From NCBI GenBank assembly GCA_037379345.1, contig CM074511.1, positions 40,616,862 through 40,680,861 of the forward strand: DNA of 64,000 nt, written 5' to 3'. Below are positions 1-13,264 of the stretch, one piece after another. The stretch comes from Perna viridis. Taxonomy: Eukaryota. The notes beneath the pieces are model-generated. The model was given only the letters and a program-made list of their open reading frames with translations, made no database searches and was not told where the DNA came from. The position numbers were made by a program, and so were the translations under genes. How positions within the stretch are numbered: the first letter of the stretch is position 1; the number at the start of each line of letters is the position of its first letter.

Positions 1-345
1 TTACGGCTTAACGAATTATATTTCTAATACTTAGAGAAAATGCATTACTAAGAGGACACTTTCTAGTCCTAAAAACATTGTATATTTCGTTGTATTTATT
101 TTTTTCTTTTTCAGTACAAAATGGCCTGCAAGGACTCGGAAAGAAGCTATGAAACTAAGCTTATGGGTTGCTTTGATATATGGCGTATTTACCGCGCCGT
201 ACAACGTTTCAGGACTTTTATCTGGCGGTTTCTTTGCTTTCGAAGTGCTACATAAATTTCTTATGAGTTTTGTAGCTCTCATTGTAATGGATATATGTAA
301 GAAATACGACTAGTTGTATACAGCGAAATTCACGAAATCCACATA

Positions 346-580
346 CAGTGAAACCTCTCTGAACCGAACCCCTTTTTTGAATTGATTCGGGTTAGACAGT
401 AAGCTGGTTCCCGGCTGACTGATACATTACAAACGAGAACCAGTTTAGACAGATGTTCGATTTACCAGTACAAGTACAGTTTCAAAATACATTTTACTTA
501 GAATGATGGGACTTCAAAAAAATGTCTTGCTTATACAGGTTTTAATATTGTTCAGGGTTCGGATTGGACGGGGTTCACTC
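346..580. mobile_element. MITE with CAGTG... terminal inverted repeats and TA flanks (Tc1/mariner-pogo-like, non-autonomous)
   Basis: ta|CAGTGAAACCTCTCTGAACCGAACCC ... GGGTTCGGATTGGACGGGGTTCACTC|ta, imperfect TIR; related copy at 20015-20283. Confidence 0.65.
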
Positions 581-1269
581 TATTACATGTTAAAGTAGTA
601 TCAGTGTTGTATAAAGCATAGTTCTTCATTAGAAAAAAGTAATTATATATAATAATACATCATATCATGATCCATATATAATATAGTTGCAGTTTATTAA
701 AGGTATTTAACATTACGTTGATTTTTACTATATTAAGAAGGTTATTTTTACCTACATGACAGCAAATTATTACATAACATTATTACATAAAATACCCCTT
801 GGTCATATTTCTGACTTTGTTGCGTTTGTGATGAGCACAATGTAGTCTCCTTCAGTGTTAAAAAAACACACATGCATCTGAGAAAACATGTTTTGTTCAA
901 TATCTGTTTTTTTTTGCTATTTGTCATGCAATCGATACCAGACGGAGGTACTAGTACAGTTCACTATTCACTTTTCACTACAGAAAAGTGAAGAATAAGC
1001 TGTTTTACTACTTTTTATTGGGTTTTTGACCATCGCGGTCGTATCATGCTGAGCTCAGCGAATTTCTTTTTTCTTTTTAATGTATCATTGTTTGTTATTT
1101 GTAAATATTCTAAATGCGCCACACTCTACTAAGAAATTATCTCGGGTGATGATTATGTAATAGTGCCAGTACTCACCTTGTCTTTGTACCCTTATTACAT
1201 AGTACTATGACCATGACTTCACAATACAATCTGTTCAAGATGTGTCTGTATCATGTTATTCTAATTGTA

Positions 1270-2345
1270 TTTTTTAGCTCATCTGGCCGAAGGCTAAGTC
1301 AGCCTATGCCATCACTTGGCGTCCGTCGTCGTCGTGGATATATTTTAAAAATCTTCTCCTCTGAAACTACTGGACTGACAGGGTTTAAACTTGGCATGAT
1401 TGTTCCTTAGGGTGTTCTGCACAAAATGACCGTTGGGAAATTTGATCCATGAAAAAACATGGCCGCTGTTACTAATGATAGAACATAGGGGGTCAGATTG
1501 CAGTTTTTTGCAAATAACTCAAAAACCGTTGCCTTTAGCAAATTTCTGGCATAGGTAATATTATTCAGCATCAGAGATGGACATATGCCAAAATTTTCAA
1601 AACGATTGCTTAACTGATGTAGGAGTTACGGCCCCTGAAACAGTTTTTTTGCATTTTTCGCATGTGCAACTTTGAAAATCTTCTGCTCAAAATCCATTGC
1701 ACAGAATTCAATGAAAGTTGGCATTTATGTTTCTTAGGGTATCCCACACAAAATGAATGTTGGGATTGTTGATTCATGAAAAAGAATGGCAGCCGTTACT
1801 AAAAATAGAACATAGGGGTCAGATGGCAGTTTTTTGCAATAACTCAAAAACAGTTGTCTTTAGCAAATTTCTTGCATGAATAAAATTGTTCAGCATCATG
1901 AGAAGGACATATGCCGAAATTTTCAAAATTATTCATTGACTAATGTAAGAGTTACGACCCCTGAAACAGTTTTTTGTTGTTGTTTTTTTTTCACATGTAC
2001 AACTTCGAAAATCTTCTTTAAAACTATTTAAGATCATTGAATGAAAATAAGCACAATAGTTCTTTAGTGTATTGTGCTCAAAATGACTGTTGTGATTTTT
2101 AATCCGTGAATAGATATGGCTGCCTATACTAAAATAGAACTTAAGGGTCATAAGACAGGATTTTGAAAAAAAAATCAAAAATTGTTGCCTTTAGCAAAAT
2201 TGTGATTCAGGCCATGAAAATGCTATGAAAAGCATTTCTTGCATTTGACAATTTAGATGATTTTAACTGTCTCATTCCTCAAGTTTTTCAAATAAGCAAA
2301 TGGTTAACTAGGTGAGCGATTCAGGCTCTCTTGAGCCTCTAGTTT
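1270..2345 (+). mobile_element. Non-autonomous Helentron-associated element (HINE/pearl-like) with internal tandem array
   Basis: 5' TTTTTAGCTCATCTG subTIR, (GTC)n microsatellite at ~1321-1335, ~330-bp unit starting AAAATCTTCT at ~1347, ~1676, ~2008, 3' AGGTGAGC subTIR (~2310), palindrome AGGCTC-TCTT-GAGCCT then CTAGTTTT: the canonical bivalve HINE layout. Confidence 0.85.
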
Positions 2346-4814
2346 TTTGGTTATTTCTCACCGTTCACTATAACAGAGTTACAATGAATACTGTACATAT
2401 TCCTACTTCAATTAAAATTGATATTTATTTTTACTTATTTATTGGTCATATCTTTTACACTGTTTTGATTACTGATTTTTCATATTTTGATAGGTGGCGA
2501 TTTCATGCTACCCGTTTTTTTTAAATATACCGAAAATTGAACCATTTTAGAAGAGGGAGGTTTAGCTTAATAAAACCTGGTTTAAGCCAAGTTTCCTTTT
2601 GGAAATACTTGTACCAAGTCAGCAACATTGCGAAGGTTCCTTCAGTGACGACCCTTCATGTTTAATAGGTACAAACTTCAGCGTCTAATGCATCCATTCA
2701 ACGCTTATATTTAGTCACACATCAAGGTTTTGTTACTCTTAACACGCCTCGTTCTCATAAACATCACTCTGATGAGGAGAATGATTCAGTACCTTCCGAT
2801 TTGAATGCGCAATTATTAAAACAAATGTTGTCATAGTAAGTACAGCTCTGTCTTAAAACCAGGCAGAAGCTTATGATAGTGGTTCATGCATATCTCAATC
2901 TCCCCAAACAATTGATTGGAAATCCTTCAATATGCCTTTCAATATGTTTGTGCTTAATTTTTTCTTTAACATATGTGATTATCTTCTATAATTCTTCCTA
3001 ATTCATATTTTGTTATGTAGAATGTTATATAATATAAAACGTATAAAGATTTCGAGTCGAAATCAAAGGCATTTTGTAGGATTTGGTAAAATTATATAAT
3101 TTCGTTAAAAAAATATTTTGTTAAAAAGAATGAAAACCATTTTGACTTGGCTTGTATGTCTAACAAATGTTGTAACATTTCGTGTTATTTCCACGTATAA
3201 ATTTAGCATTTATATCTAGTCACTGTTTTGATTACTAATTTGACACCCGTTTTTGTTGGATTTTCTTATAAAATTACATTTTGGTCTTGTTTATTTTGAC
3301 AGATATAGTTTAAGTCTCCCACTTGTGGTATATTTCCTAATGTTACCTCACCTTAATCAAGCTTATTTATTGTCCCGTATAAGCAATTGGTTTGTAGAGT
3401 CACTCTAAACGCAACAGTTGGATTTTTGTTTTAGAATTTTTAGGGTGAAACCGGATAACACCTTTATTGATTGGTTTATTATTTATTGTGCAATGTCCTA
3501 TGGCTGTCACTTCATGCATTTCAGGACGATTCGATTGACCATTTTTTCACCTAATTTGATTTGGAAAACTTCAAATATTTATTACTTGGGCTCACTTGAA
3601 AGCTTAGATGCTATTTAAATGTACTGTATCACATATAAGCTTTTTAAAACTACGGTATTTTGGAAATAATGACAATAACGGGTGATAAAGAAGATATTGT
3701 GAAATTCTGGAAATTACCATTTTTACGATTTTATAGTAATGTTAACCCCCAAAAGAAAATCTAAGCGCCTTAATTAATCAGATATAATGAGTATCTTCGA
3801 AATTGGAAGCTATGGGAATTTTAACAGTTCATTTTTCCAACTTTGTATTTTTCTTGAAGCGTATCTCTTAGGATAACGGACAAACAGTTTTATTTTTGAA
3901 GCGATTGCTTAGTCCCGCATAAGACATTATTAATTTCACATCACTGAACAATTGCTCGCACACCAGTCAAAATCCCAATCCAAAACGCGTTTGCAGACAC
4001 GATCATTGTCCATGTTAATCAGTTAATTCCACAGTCGAAGGAATGTTACACCATCGGCGTTCTTTTGCCAGTAGCCAACCGACATCACCATTTATTACTG
4101 TTCTTAGTGCGAACATAAGGACTCCAAGAAAATATCTAACTATTTTGTTTTGGATAGCGCTCTAGCTGCTGAAGTCTTTATATCCCATACCGATGAGTTG
4201 TAGTCGAGAATAGGTACCATACAAGTTGTATATAGTTTCTCCCAAGTCTTTACTCCAAATCTTTTTTGATGATGTATTTTGGATATTATATATGTGACTT
4301 TTTACAGGAAAATTGAAAATCCCATTTTTTTGGGGCATTTTTTGATAAAATTTGACTACGAAAATTGCCACAAGTCAACAAAAGAACTCCTGTTATACTA
4401 ATCAGAAAGTACCTAATTAGCCATATTTTACTGAAGCATATATACTCAAGGGGTTTTGATATTAAAACAATATGACAATTTAAACGATTTTTCAATGGGG
4501 CAGGTGTATATTTTTTTCATTTTACTCCAAAAACCCTTAGTGTTATCGCATCTTTCGTTGTACCATTGTAAAGCTGAGACCGTAGGCTACATGTTGATAT
4601 CTATGAATACCAATGTACTTCATTTTGTAGAAAGCGGAAGTTCAAACAATAATAAAAATATAGATTTTGCTTCAACATAGCACAAAAAGTAGTAAAAACA
4701 CACAAAATGATTTGTAAATGAGAGGTACGAGGGTAGCTGAAAATCAAATTTTGGTTGATGAGTGGGTTGGGGGAGGGGGATTCTCGGCCCATGTACATTT
4801 TGTTTATTTAAAAA

Positions 4815-4955
4815 GAAATCAAGGGAACCAAAATTGGAATTTGAGCGAAATTCAAGAGAGTAAACTCTTAAGATAAATACTAGGCATAGAAAATAGACAC
4901 GCACAACTAAGAACATGAAATATTTAAAATTACAATTACAAAGAAAGAAAAGTAA
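4815..4955 (-). repeat. Diverged copy of the Penelope-like element 3' UTR
   Basis: ATCAAGGGAACCAAAAT ... GCATAGAAAATAGACACGCACAACTAAGAACAT aligns by eye to 55498-55643 and 60041-60160. Confidence 0.5.
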
Positions 4956-6567
4956 AATCTCCCGTGTATATAATTCGTTTTCTCACGACTCACATAGTAG
5001 ATATACCATACATGTACATTGACCAGTTATCAAATTTATTTGACGAGCATTAGGATTCCCCGAGCGTATCTGACTGATTCGAAGCGAGTGCAAATAAATA
5101 AATTGTTATTTTCTGCAATGTTCATGTATTGTTTTTATCCTGCAACCACAATTTCTAAATAAATTTGCGAAAGGATTTATGCAAAATAGTTTTTTTTCAG
5201 CAATCTTTTGAGTCCGGCGGTCGGCAAGGGCACCTTAAAACTAGTTAAATGTTTCCTGTTCTTGACGTTGTTCATAACTGAAAAGGTAACAGGAGACGAT
5301 AGTGCGCAGTGGAGGAATAAAGCTTTGTGTTATTTGACACCATTTATTTATATAGTAGAAACCCTAGTTGGATAAAGAATTAATAATCACTAACATGAAA
5401 TATGAATTATACAGGAACAATAAGATAATTGATGAAGTGGATGCCAGAATATTCTATTCTATTCTTTATTATACCAAAGAGCATCTCTGATCATTGAAAT
5501 GACAGAAATAATACAGCAGACATGGAATTTTAAAACACATAAATGTAAGGCAAGCATGTACATATATAGACATAATATAATATGAAATAAAATTATCAAC
5601 TACCTACTTGAACTGTGAGTAGATTGTACAGTTAAGGAATATCTTACAACTAGACATATACATTTGTGTCATAGAATACAAAAATACCAATCATATATAT
5701 TGCTAATTTAGGTATACTGTATACGTGTTTCAAGGAGTAGCCTCTCTTTAGAACATTACGATCAAATATTAAGGAAGATCTTAATCCAAAGATTAACTGT
5801 GGACAAGAATGACTCAAAACCAAAGCTATCGAAATAGGAAATAAAATCCACTCCAAAGGTTCTACCGTATGCAATCCAAGGAATGAAGCTTTAGTTATTT
5901 TGGTATTTTGAAATTTGTAATACTCAAATTATGTTAAATATAAACACAATCTGATATGATTCGGAGTGAGACGTAGGGAAAAATATTGCTGAATTAGTAC
6001 TCACACAAAACACAAATATTGACATTGAAAGGGTTAATGTAAGAGGACGTCGAACTTACACGCTATTCATGCTTTATCGATAATTATGCAACTAATTACT
6101 TGTTGGACGATTTCATAGGTTCTTGTAAACTTTGGTCGATTTATCTGTGGATCGAGTTGTTCTACACGTCAAACTTCTATAAAACACAATTCACGGAACC
6201 GCCATGCAGTTCATTCCTGAAACAGCAATGCTACCAAAGTAAAAAATGAATAATGTAAAGACTTACAGACACGAATATGGTATTTTTTCAGTGGAAATGA
6301 ATTTCTGCATTTCTTATTATAAACATTTGATTTAAAACTTCTACGAACGGTTTGTTTTTTTTTTATAAAGAAACCAAACTATTTACAACGTGTGGTACAA
6401 TTGTTTTTTTCTTTGATTCGGAACTATTTGGGTATTTGGGCTCCACTAAATTCAAATATCCCTAAGGATTTCGCAGGACATTACTTCCTGTTGGACTGAA
6501 ATCAGATCAGGATCTCAGTGCTTTGAGTCATCATACCTACGTTAGCCCAACAGAGGCCAACAATAGA

Positions 6568-6680
6568 AAAGTTAACAAGCAACCAAGACTCCACCAAAAC
6601 CTGGGAGCATGCACCAAGTCCACCCTTAGGGTACCCGTCCTCCCAACACCGAGTTGCCCATAATATGTCATGCCCAGGGT
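6568..6680 (-). repeat. Diverged copy of the structured core of the Penelope-like 3' UTR
   Basis: AGCAACCAAGACTCCACCAAAACCTGGGAGCATGCACCAAGTCCACCCTTAGGGTACCCGTCCTC matches 60162-60227 (AGTAACTCGGACTCCACTAAAAACTGGGAGCATGGACCAGGTGCACCTGTAGGGTAAGCGTCCTC). Confidence 0.6.
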
Positions 6681-7383
6681 CTACGAGAGAGGAGAGGCCA
6701 TCTTTGACACGGTGAACAAATGGTGTAGTTTGTATACAAGAAACGACACAGGAGTTCATTATGGAGACCTATATGGGATTTTGACACGTATGAACAGATA
6801 ATTCATAATATGCCTGATTCTAACAAAGATTCTTATTCCAATATTTAACATTCATACATGAAGCAAATATCTGTAAATAAAAATGTGCATTTTATCAATT
6901 CCGACCCCAACTCAAGTTTTCTAAGCCTTTATTCCCATTATTTCCATACCCAAACAAACCCTACCCATGCACTTACTACTCATAATTACCTCATAACTCA
7001 GTTTTCACTGCCTCATTTAGATAGGAATTTTGACCAACATAATGTACATTGGTGTGATTATCTAATAGCTACAGTAAATCAAGTGAACATTTTGTACCTA
7101 TTTTCCTGTTATGAAATATAACGAAAATAGTGTCTAGTTCCTCTTCATCATCATGGAAGTGACTTTCAGTGGACACAGATTCTTCCATGAACCCCATAAT
7201 GCTACAGTTTGGGGAATGAACATAGAGGCCATTCAGGTTTCTCATATAACAACTTTGAACCACCATCCTCCGCTATATGTGACTGTACAATTAACGTCAT
7301 TGATCTCGTCATTATCGTAGTCTATTGTTGTAAATTTCATGCCATTGTGTGTAGAAATCAAACTATCACCTAAATGGTAAAAA

Positions 7384-7595
7384 AAAGGTAGACCTAATTT
7401 AAGGGATACAACTCTAACAAGTCATTGGAACGTTTGTATTCAGCATTTTACATCAATTTCATGTAAGCATCAAAGTAACTTGAATTGATTTCATTCTGTT
7501 TCAAATGAAAACTTGATAGCTTTTGGCGAAATTAAATATGAAACAAACATATCACTAATTTCAAGAGTTATGTCGCTTACCCTAGGTCTACCTCG
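7384..7595. mobile_element. ~210-bp MITE, degraded inverted copy of 8782-8992
   Basis: Reverse complement aligns along its length to 8782-8992; ends AGGTAGACCTA ... TAGGTCTACCTCG. Confidence 0.75.
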
Positions 7596-8781
7596 TTTAA
7601 AAAATAGAATAATTGTGTAACAAGATCCCCCACTGTTTAAAACGTTCAATGTTGTACATCACTAGGTGAGTGTGTATGGTCGAAAGGATGATATGTGTTT
7701 TATTCTTCAATTTTTTAGTAGAATGATTTTCATTCCCAAGTTGTTTCATTTATTGTAGATAGTATAAAGGAGTTCTTGGCGAGATTATTAAGCATATAGC
7801 GATACCAAAGGCTTATTCATGGGTTTTTACATCTCACTTTTAGACAAAGTTATTCACATTTATAGCTACACATTTTCTTATCTAAAGAATGGTCTTTCAA
7901 ATACAATGGAATTTCGGCAAGCAAGGCGCTTATTACGACACCACCAACAAACGCAAGACTAGAAAATCTCATATAACTGGGTGAGATATCAATGTTCTCT
8001 AACTCGACGGAGCCTAGTTATTTTCCTTTAGTGCCTGTGATTTCTCTGTCTTGCAATCTTGGCGGTGATAGATTCTTTAAATGTTCAAAACCCGATACGC
8101 AATTTTGAAACATCCCCTTTTTTGTTTGTTTTTGTTTTTTGTTTGTTTTTTGTTTTTGTTTGTTTTCATTGATAAACGCAACTTGCTATTTCAAAATCAG
8201 AAATAAAGACAACATTGTCAAATGTATGTTTAGAGGACGTTAAGGTTTCAAAGTACGAAATTATTCGAAATTACTTACTATTCTTCATGCATTATCAGTA
8301 TAGTGAAATGGATATATATATAATCTCACCTCGATGTGGTTGAAAATAAATTTTCAGACCCCAAGAAAATTTGCCAGCCCCCTGTCATAACCAAATTGTC
8401 GTCCCCTTAAACTCGCCTAGTTGCTAACAGGTAGAAGCAAACGACAGTATAAATTTTAACATATCAATTATATAAAAAGTAAAAGTATCCCGAATAAGAA
8501 CAATGAAATATCTTTGTTACGTATTCTCAATTGGAAATAAAATAACTTCAAAATTGCAATATAAAATAAAGACGACGAGTGTGCAAAATAATCAACAATT
8601 CTAAACAATACAGAATTCGAAGACAGATTCTTCATTGAACGATGATCAATCTGTTTGACTTAATTATTCATGAATGTTTTGAGTACGTATCTTCAAGAAA
8701 TCATTTGTTTCCTTTTTGTAAAGTAACTCACGTGCATAATTGGAAACTGAACTTATCGATGTTTTTTCATCTTTAACTTAA

Positions 8782-8992
8782 GGAGGTAGACCTAGGGTAA
8801 GGGACATAACTCATGAAATCAGTGATATGTTTGTATTATATTCAATTTTACCAAAGCCTCTCAAGCTTTCGTTAGAAGCAGAATAAAGTGAATCCAAGTT
8901 AATTAGTTGCTTACATAAGATTGATGTAAAATGCTGAATACAAACGTTCCAATGACTTTTAAGAGTTTGTCCCTTACCTTAGGTCTATCTCC
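8782..8992. mobile_element. 211-bp MITE with ~30-bp TIRs and TTAA target duplication (Kolobok-like: RR termini, TTAA)
   Basis: TTAA|GGAGGTAGACCTAGGGTAAGGGACATAACTC ... GAGTTTGTCCCTTACCTTAGGTCTATCTCC|TTAA. Confidence 0.8.
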
Positions 8993-10572
8993 TTAAATAA
9001 TTTCTAAAGTCATGATGAATTATTAAAGCTAAGAAATAACACGCGATGTTTAGTGCATCTACTTCTCGAATTTACTGTAAGAAAAACCATTTCGTTTTTC
9101 AAACCAAAGAGTTAATTTTTATAACAGATTGATTCTACTGAATTTTTGGGATATTATTCCTTTTGCATTGGTAATTTCGAATAGTACAAATATCAAAATA
9201 TATTTTCAATAATACGTAGAATTAATCCAATGTATGCTCAGGATAATAAATTAAACATCAAAGAGGCAAATACCACTGGTTTTATTTTGAAAGTAAGAAA
9301 TCACTTTACTAAACATTGAGCAACGAACAGTATTATGACGGTTTTTTTTGCTGGTTGGTAGAGTGTTTTGTTTTGTTTCCGTGAGAGTGTAGGGGAATGC
9401 TCACGCCGTCACAATATGGACTGGTACCTGTTAATTCTAGGCAGCTGTTAATCCTAGGCTACTAAAATAATAATACGTTAGTGTAGTTGGTACCAGACTT
9501 TATTTTAAATTCATAAATATTTGAAATTCAATAGTAATTAGTTGAAAGAATTCATATTTAATTATTAAATTAGAAATATCATAATTTATAGATATAAGAT
9601 ATAAATTAAATAATATAATATCATAGAATGAATCAAGTATTTAAACTAACAAGTTTTTTTAAATAAAATATCTTAATACTAAATTAATAACAAAAATAAT
9701 ACTTTATCTAAAATAACAATACGTTAGTGTAGTTGGTACCAGACGCTCGAAACGGCCAACGTCGCCCATTATATAGAGGCTTAATGTTGAACCTGCCGTT
9801 CGATTCGTCCAGTAAGACCAACCCACTGTTCATACATAATGAGCAGCACAAAATAAAGAGGCATCTATAAACAATCAGAGTTCAATAAAAGAAAAGTTTC
9901 TTTAAATTTCACATATATCTAATCTTCGTTTGAAAAGTAAACATAAACATTTGCCTAAATACAAAACAGTTAACCCAATTAATTAGTTTTTAAATTCCGA
10001 AACAAGTAATTTTGGATCATCTTTATTAATCAATTCCCTTATGCAAGCCTTAAGTTCAAAGACATTAATAAAACTATGGCACAGTTACGCTTAACTCGGT
10101 CACTGACTTATCTAGGTCGCAATTGTCGTCATTCTTCTTCTCCTTTTTTTTTGTTTATCAAAATTGCATCAGGCAACTTATCAATTCTGAATAAAGAGTG
10201 ATTAAACGTATCTCTTAAGTTATCAAAAATATTCCCTTTAGCTGGAGATATCATTAATGCGATCATTTAAATTCTGTTTAATTAATGCAAAAAATAAGTC
10301 ATCAATACAAATATCCACTGTCAGCATAAAGTAATCAGTTAAAACAAATCCATAATGGATTTAAAGCAATAATGATACACAACTATTTTATATATATATG
10401 ATTACTGACCAATTTAACCTATCATAAGTTAACTATCCGAGTTAAATGTAAAATCAAGAAAGTACAGAAAACTAAATAGCCATGAAAGAAAAAGGGCAGA
10501 CGAAATATTAAACAAGAGAATGTTAGCAGGGGAACAAGTATAAAATTGAAAGAAAATACAAAACAATTGTAA

Positions 10573-10592
10573 ATATATATATATATATATAT

Positions 10593-10626
<34 letters not shown>

Positions 10627-10642
10627 ATATATATATATATAT
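10573..10642. repeat. (TA)n microsatellite at the centre of the foldback element
   Basis: Directly visible, interrupted by single GA and TC units. Confidence 0.95.
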
Positions 10643-11866
10643 AGTTGTGTATCATTATTGCTTTAAATCCATTATGGATTTGTTTTAACTGATTACTTTA
10701 TGCTGACAGTGGATATTGTATTGTTAACTAAAAACGGGGGTGTTGTTGTGATACAAAATTTAGCTTTCGTGTACTTAACAAAAAAATATAATTTTTAACT
10801 AGGTCAGAAAAACAAGATCGAGCAATTTCATTATTTGATTAATCCTACTAGCCATTCTTTCGAAATAGATTCAGATAAAAGTTATTTCAGAATTCAAATG
10901 ATGGCATTAATGATATTTCCATCTAAGTTTATTCCTTTTTCTTTTGATATTGGGAATATGTTTAGATAACTTAAGAGATGGGTCTAATCACTCTTCATTC
11001 AGAATTGATAAGTTGTCTGATGCAATTTTGATAAACAAAAAAAAAAAAAAAAAATAAAAAAAAAAAAATAAAATCAAAAAAAAAAAGAAAAAAAAAAAAG
11101 AAGAAGAATGACGACAATTACGACCTAGATAAGTCAGTGACCGAGTTAAGCGTAACTGTGCCATAGTTTTATTAATGTCTTTGAACTTAAGGCTTGCATA
11201 AGGGAATTGATTAATAAAGTTGATTTAAAATTACTTGTTTCGGAATTTAAAAACTAATTAATTGGTTAACTGTTTTATATTTTGGCAAATGTTTATGTTT
11301 ACTTTTCAAACGAAGATTAGATATATGTGAAATTTAAAGAAACTTTTCTTTTATTGAACTCTGATTGTTTATGGATGCCTCTTTATTTTATGCTGCTCAT
11401 TATGTATGAACAGTGGGTTGGTCTTACTGGACGAATCGAACGGCAGGTTCAACATTAAGCCCCTATATAATGGGCGACGTTTCCCGATTTGGGCGTCTGG
11501 TACCAACTACACTAACGTATTGTTATTTTAGGTAAAATATTATTTTTGTTATTAATTTTGAATTAAGATATTTTATCTTGAGGAAAAAAAACTTGTCAAT
11601 TTAAATACTTGATTTATTCTATGATATTATATTATTGAATTTATATCTTATATGTATAAATTATGCTATTTTTAATTTAACAATTGCTATGTTTAAATAT
11701 GAACTCTTTCAATTAATTACAATTGAATTTCACATATATTCATGAATTTAAAAATAAAGTCTGGTACCAACTACACTAACGTATTATTTTAGTTGCCTAG
11801 GATTAACAGCTGTCTAGAATTAACAGGTACCAGTTCATATTGTGACTGCGTGAGCATTCCCCTACA

Positions 11867-12333
11867 GGTTACAGACCACCAATTCAACCAATGAGCATTT
11901 GGAACGTACGCAAAAATAGTCCTACGCAGAAATTACCCCTGTTCCTCATAGTGCTGTGAAAAAAGTTCTCATCTTATTTAAAAAATTTAAACGGTTTCTG
12001 AAAGGAAAAACATTTCTGTACATTTTATAGGTGCATTTTGCTTCTTGTGATGTGAAGCCTAATCTCCATAATGATTTTTAAGTATACCCCTATCTTGTGA
12101 AAACACTGGGATTTCCCATGCTATTTATAGACCCTTCACTTCCGGTGACCAGTACTGCACTGCAAGTCTGCTAACCCCACATGCCATTCTGAGGATTGTG
12201 AGCTGACATATGTAGAATCATGCTGATATATAGTCCTCTGCAGGTTAAAGTTAAGGTAAAGTCCAGAGAAGCCATTGAATATTGTGAAATTAGCATAGAA
12301 GCCTATGGAAAGTGGAATTAGTGGTTTTTAGCC
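11867..12333. mobile_element. 467-bp MITE, copy 1, inserted in the right arm of the foldback element
   Basis: Imperfect TIR GGTTACAGACCACCAATTC / GAATTAGTGGTTTTTAGCC; absent from the left arm; almost identical to 15444-15910. Confidence 0.9.
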
Positions 12334-13068
12334 TTACACTCTCACGGAAACAAAATAAAACACTCTACCAACAAGCAAAACCCCCGTCATAATAACAGTA
12401 TATATAAAAAATCCAAAATGAAATGTGATCCAAATAATTTTTAAACCATATTTATAATTATGTTGGTCATTGGCACGTAAACAATTGTATCCTACATTAT
12501 CCACAACATTTAGTTTTCACTTGCCGTTTTTTTTTAATTTAAGTGCAGGCACTTACAGGCATGTGATCCTGACCGTTGCCACGACAACACGATATTTGAA
12601 TTATTGAATATTTGGCATTATTGTTTTATCAATCTCCCTGAAACTTATTTTTAACGTATTACAATTCAAACAGAAAACGTTCACCTCATAGAAGACAGCG
12701 AGGTAAAATAATGTTACAGTTAATAACGGGACTACTCCTACGGCGTAACATATTGTTTTCTTTTTTCTTTTTGTTTTTCGGTTTTTGTTTCTTTGTTAAA
12801 TGTTATTTTGATTTTAGTACATTTAGTTCAAATAAAGTATCACATCTTGTCAAATTTAGCAATTAAACAATACGCAATTTCTAAGGTTTGTAGTTTCCTT
12901 TGATAGATTTTGTTACACAGACGGTTTGCTCAAGTGCCTGTTCAGATTTCACATTGTAAAAGTATATTTGTTTTCTCCAAATTATCTGCCGAGGTTAGTT
13001 TATATCCCGGACTCATCAAGGACAATAACTTAATACTTTGAATATGAAATAATCGGTGTTATTCATAC

Positions 13069-13264
13069 CAGGGGCGTAGCTAGGCCTGTTTTATTTGTAC
13101 GCAAAATTACGGCGAGGGGTCTTGCGGGGGGGGGGGTCGCTCAAGGCCATCAGTGAGTCATTGCATAAAACCTTTATTTCATCTTTAATATGTGTGTTTT
13201 TATTTTTGTTACTTTTTCCGAAAGTACGCAACTGCGAATTTGCGTATAGGCAGCTACGCCCCTG
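13069..13264. mobile_element. MITE with CAGGGGCGTAGCT TIRs and 5-bp TSD (hAT5-like)
   Basis: CATAC|CAGGGGCGTAGCTAGGCCT ... AGGCAGCTACGCCCCTG|CATAC; absent from the partner arm of the surrounding inverted repeat. Confidence 0.85.

Larger units (their letters stand above)
9334..12393. mobile_element. Foldback-type element: ~1.07-kb inverted arms around a short (TA)n-flanked spacer, 8-bp target duplication
   Basis: Left arm 9334-~10398 is the reverse complement of ~10625-11866 plus 12334-12393 (high identity); AACAGTAT at 9326-9333 and 12394-12401; internal direct repeats ATACGTTAGTGTAGTTGGTACCAGAC x2 and CTGTTAATYCTAGGC x2 in each arm; no ORF. Confidence 0.8.

Noticed and set aside
2769-2805. 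Hammerhead ribozyme (CTGATGA)
   Set aside because: No GAAA after stem II and no convincing stems I/III
5650-7266. Possible - strand exons (5650-5874, 6502-6759, 7069-7266)
   Set aside because: No recognisable domain or consistent splice chain, and the middle ORF overlaps a repeat copy; cannot be excluded without RNA-seq
9720-9815. tRNA gene or Pol III promoter (TAGTGTAGTTGG A-box-like, GTTCGATTC B-box-like)
   Set aside because: No acceptor or T stem can be formed, and the A-box-like motif is a reiterated TIR subrepeat
10422-10655. 77-aa YIYI-rich ORF
   Set aside because: Translation of the (TA)n microsatellite
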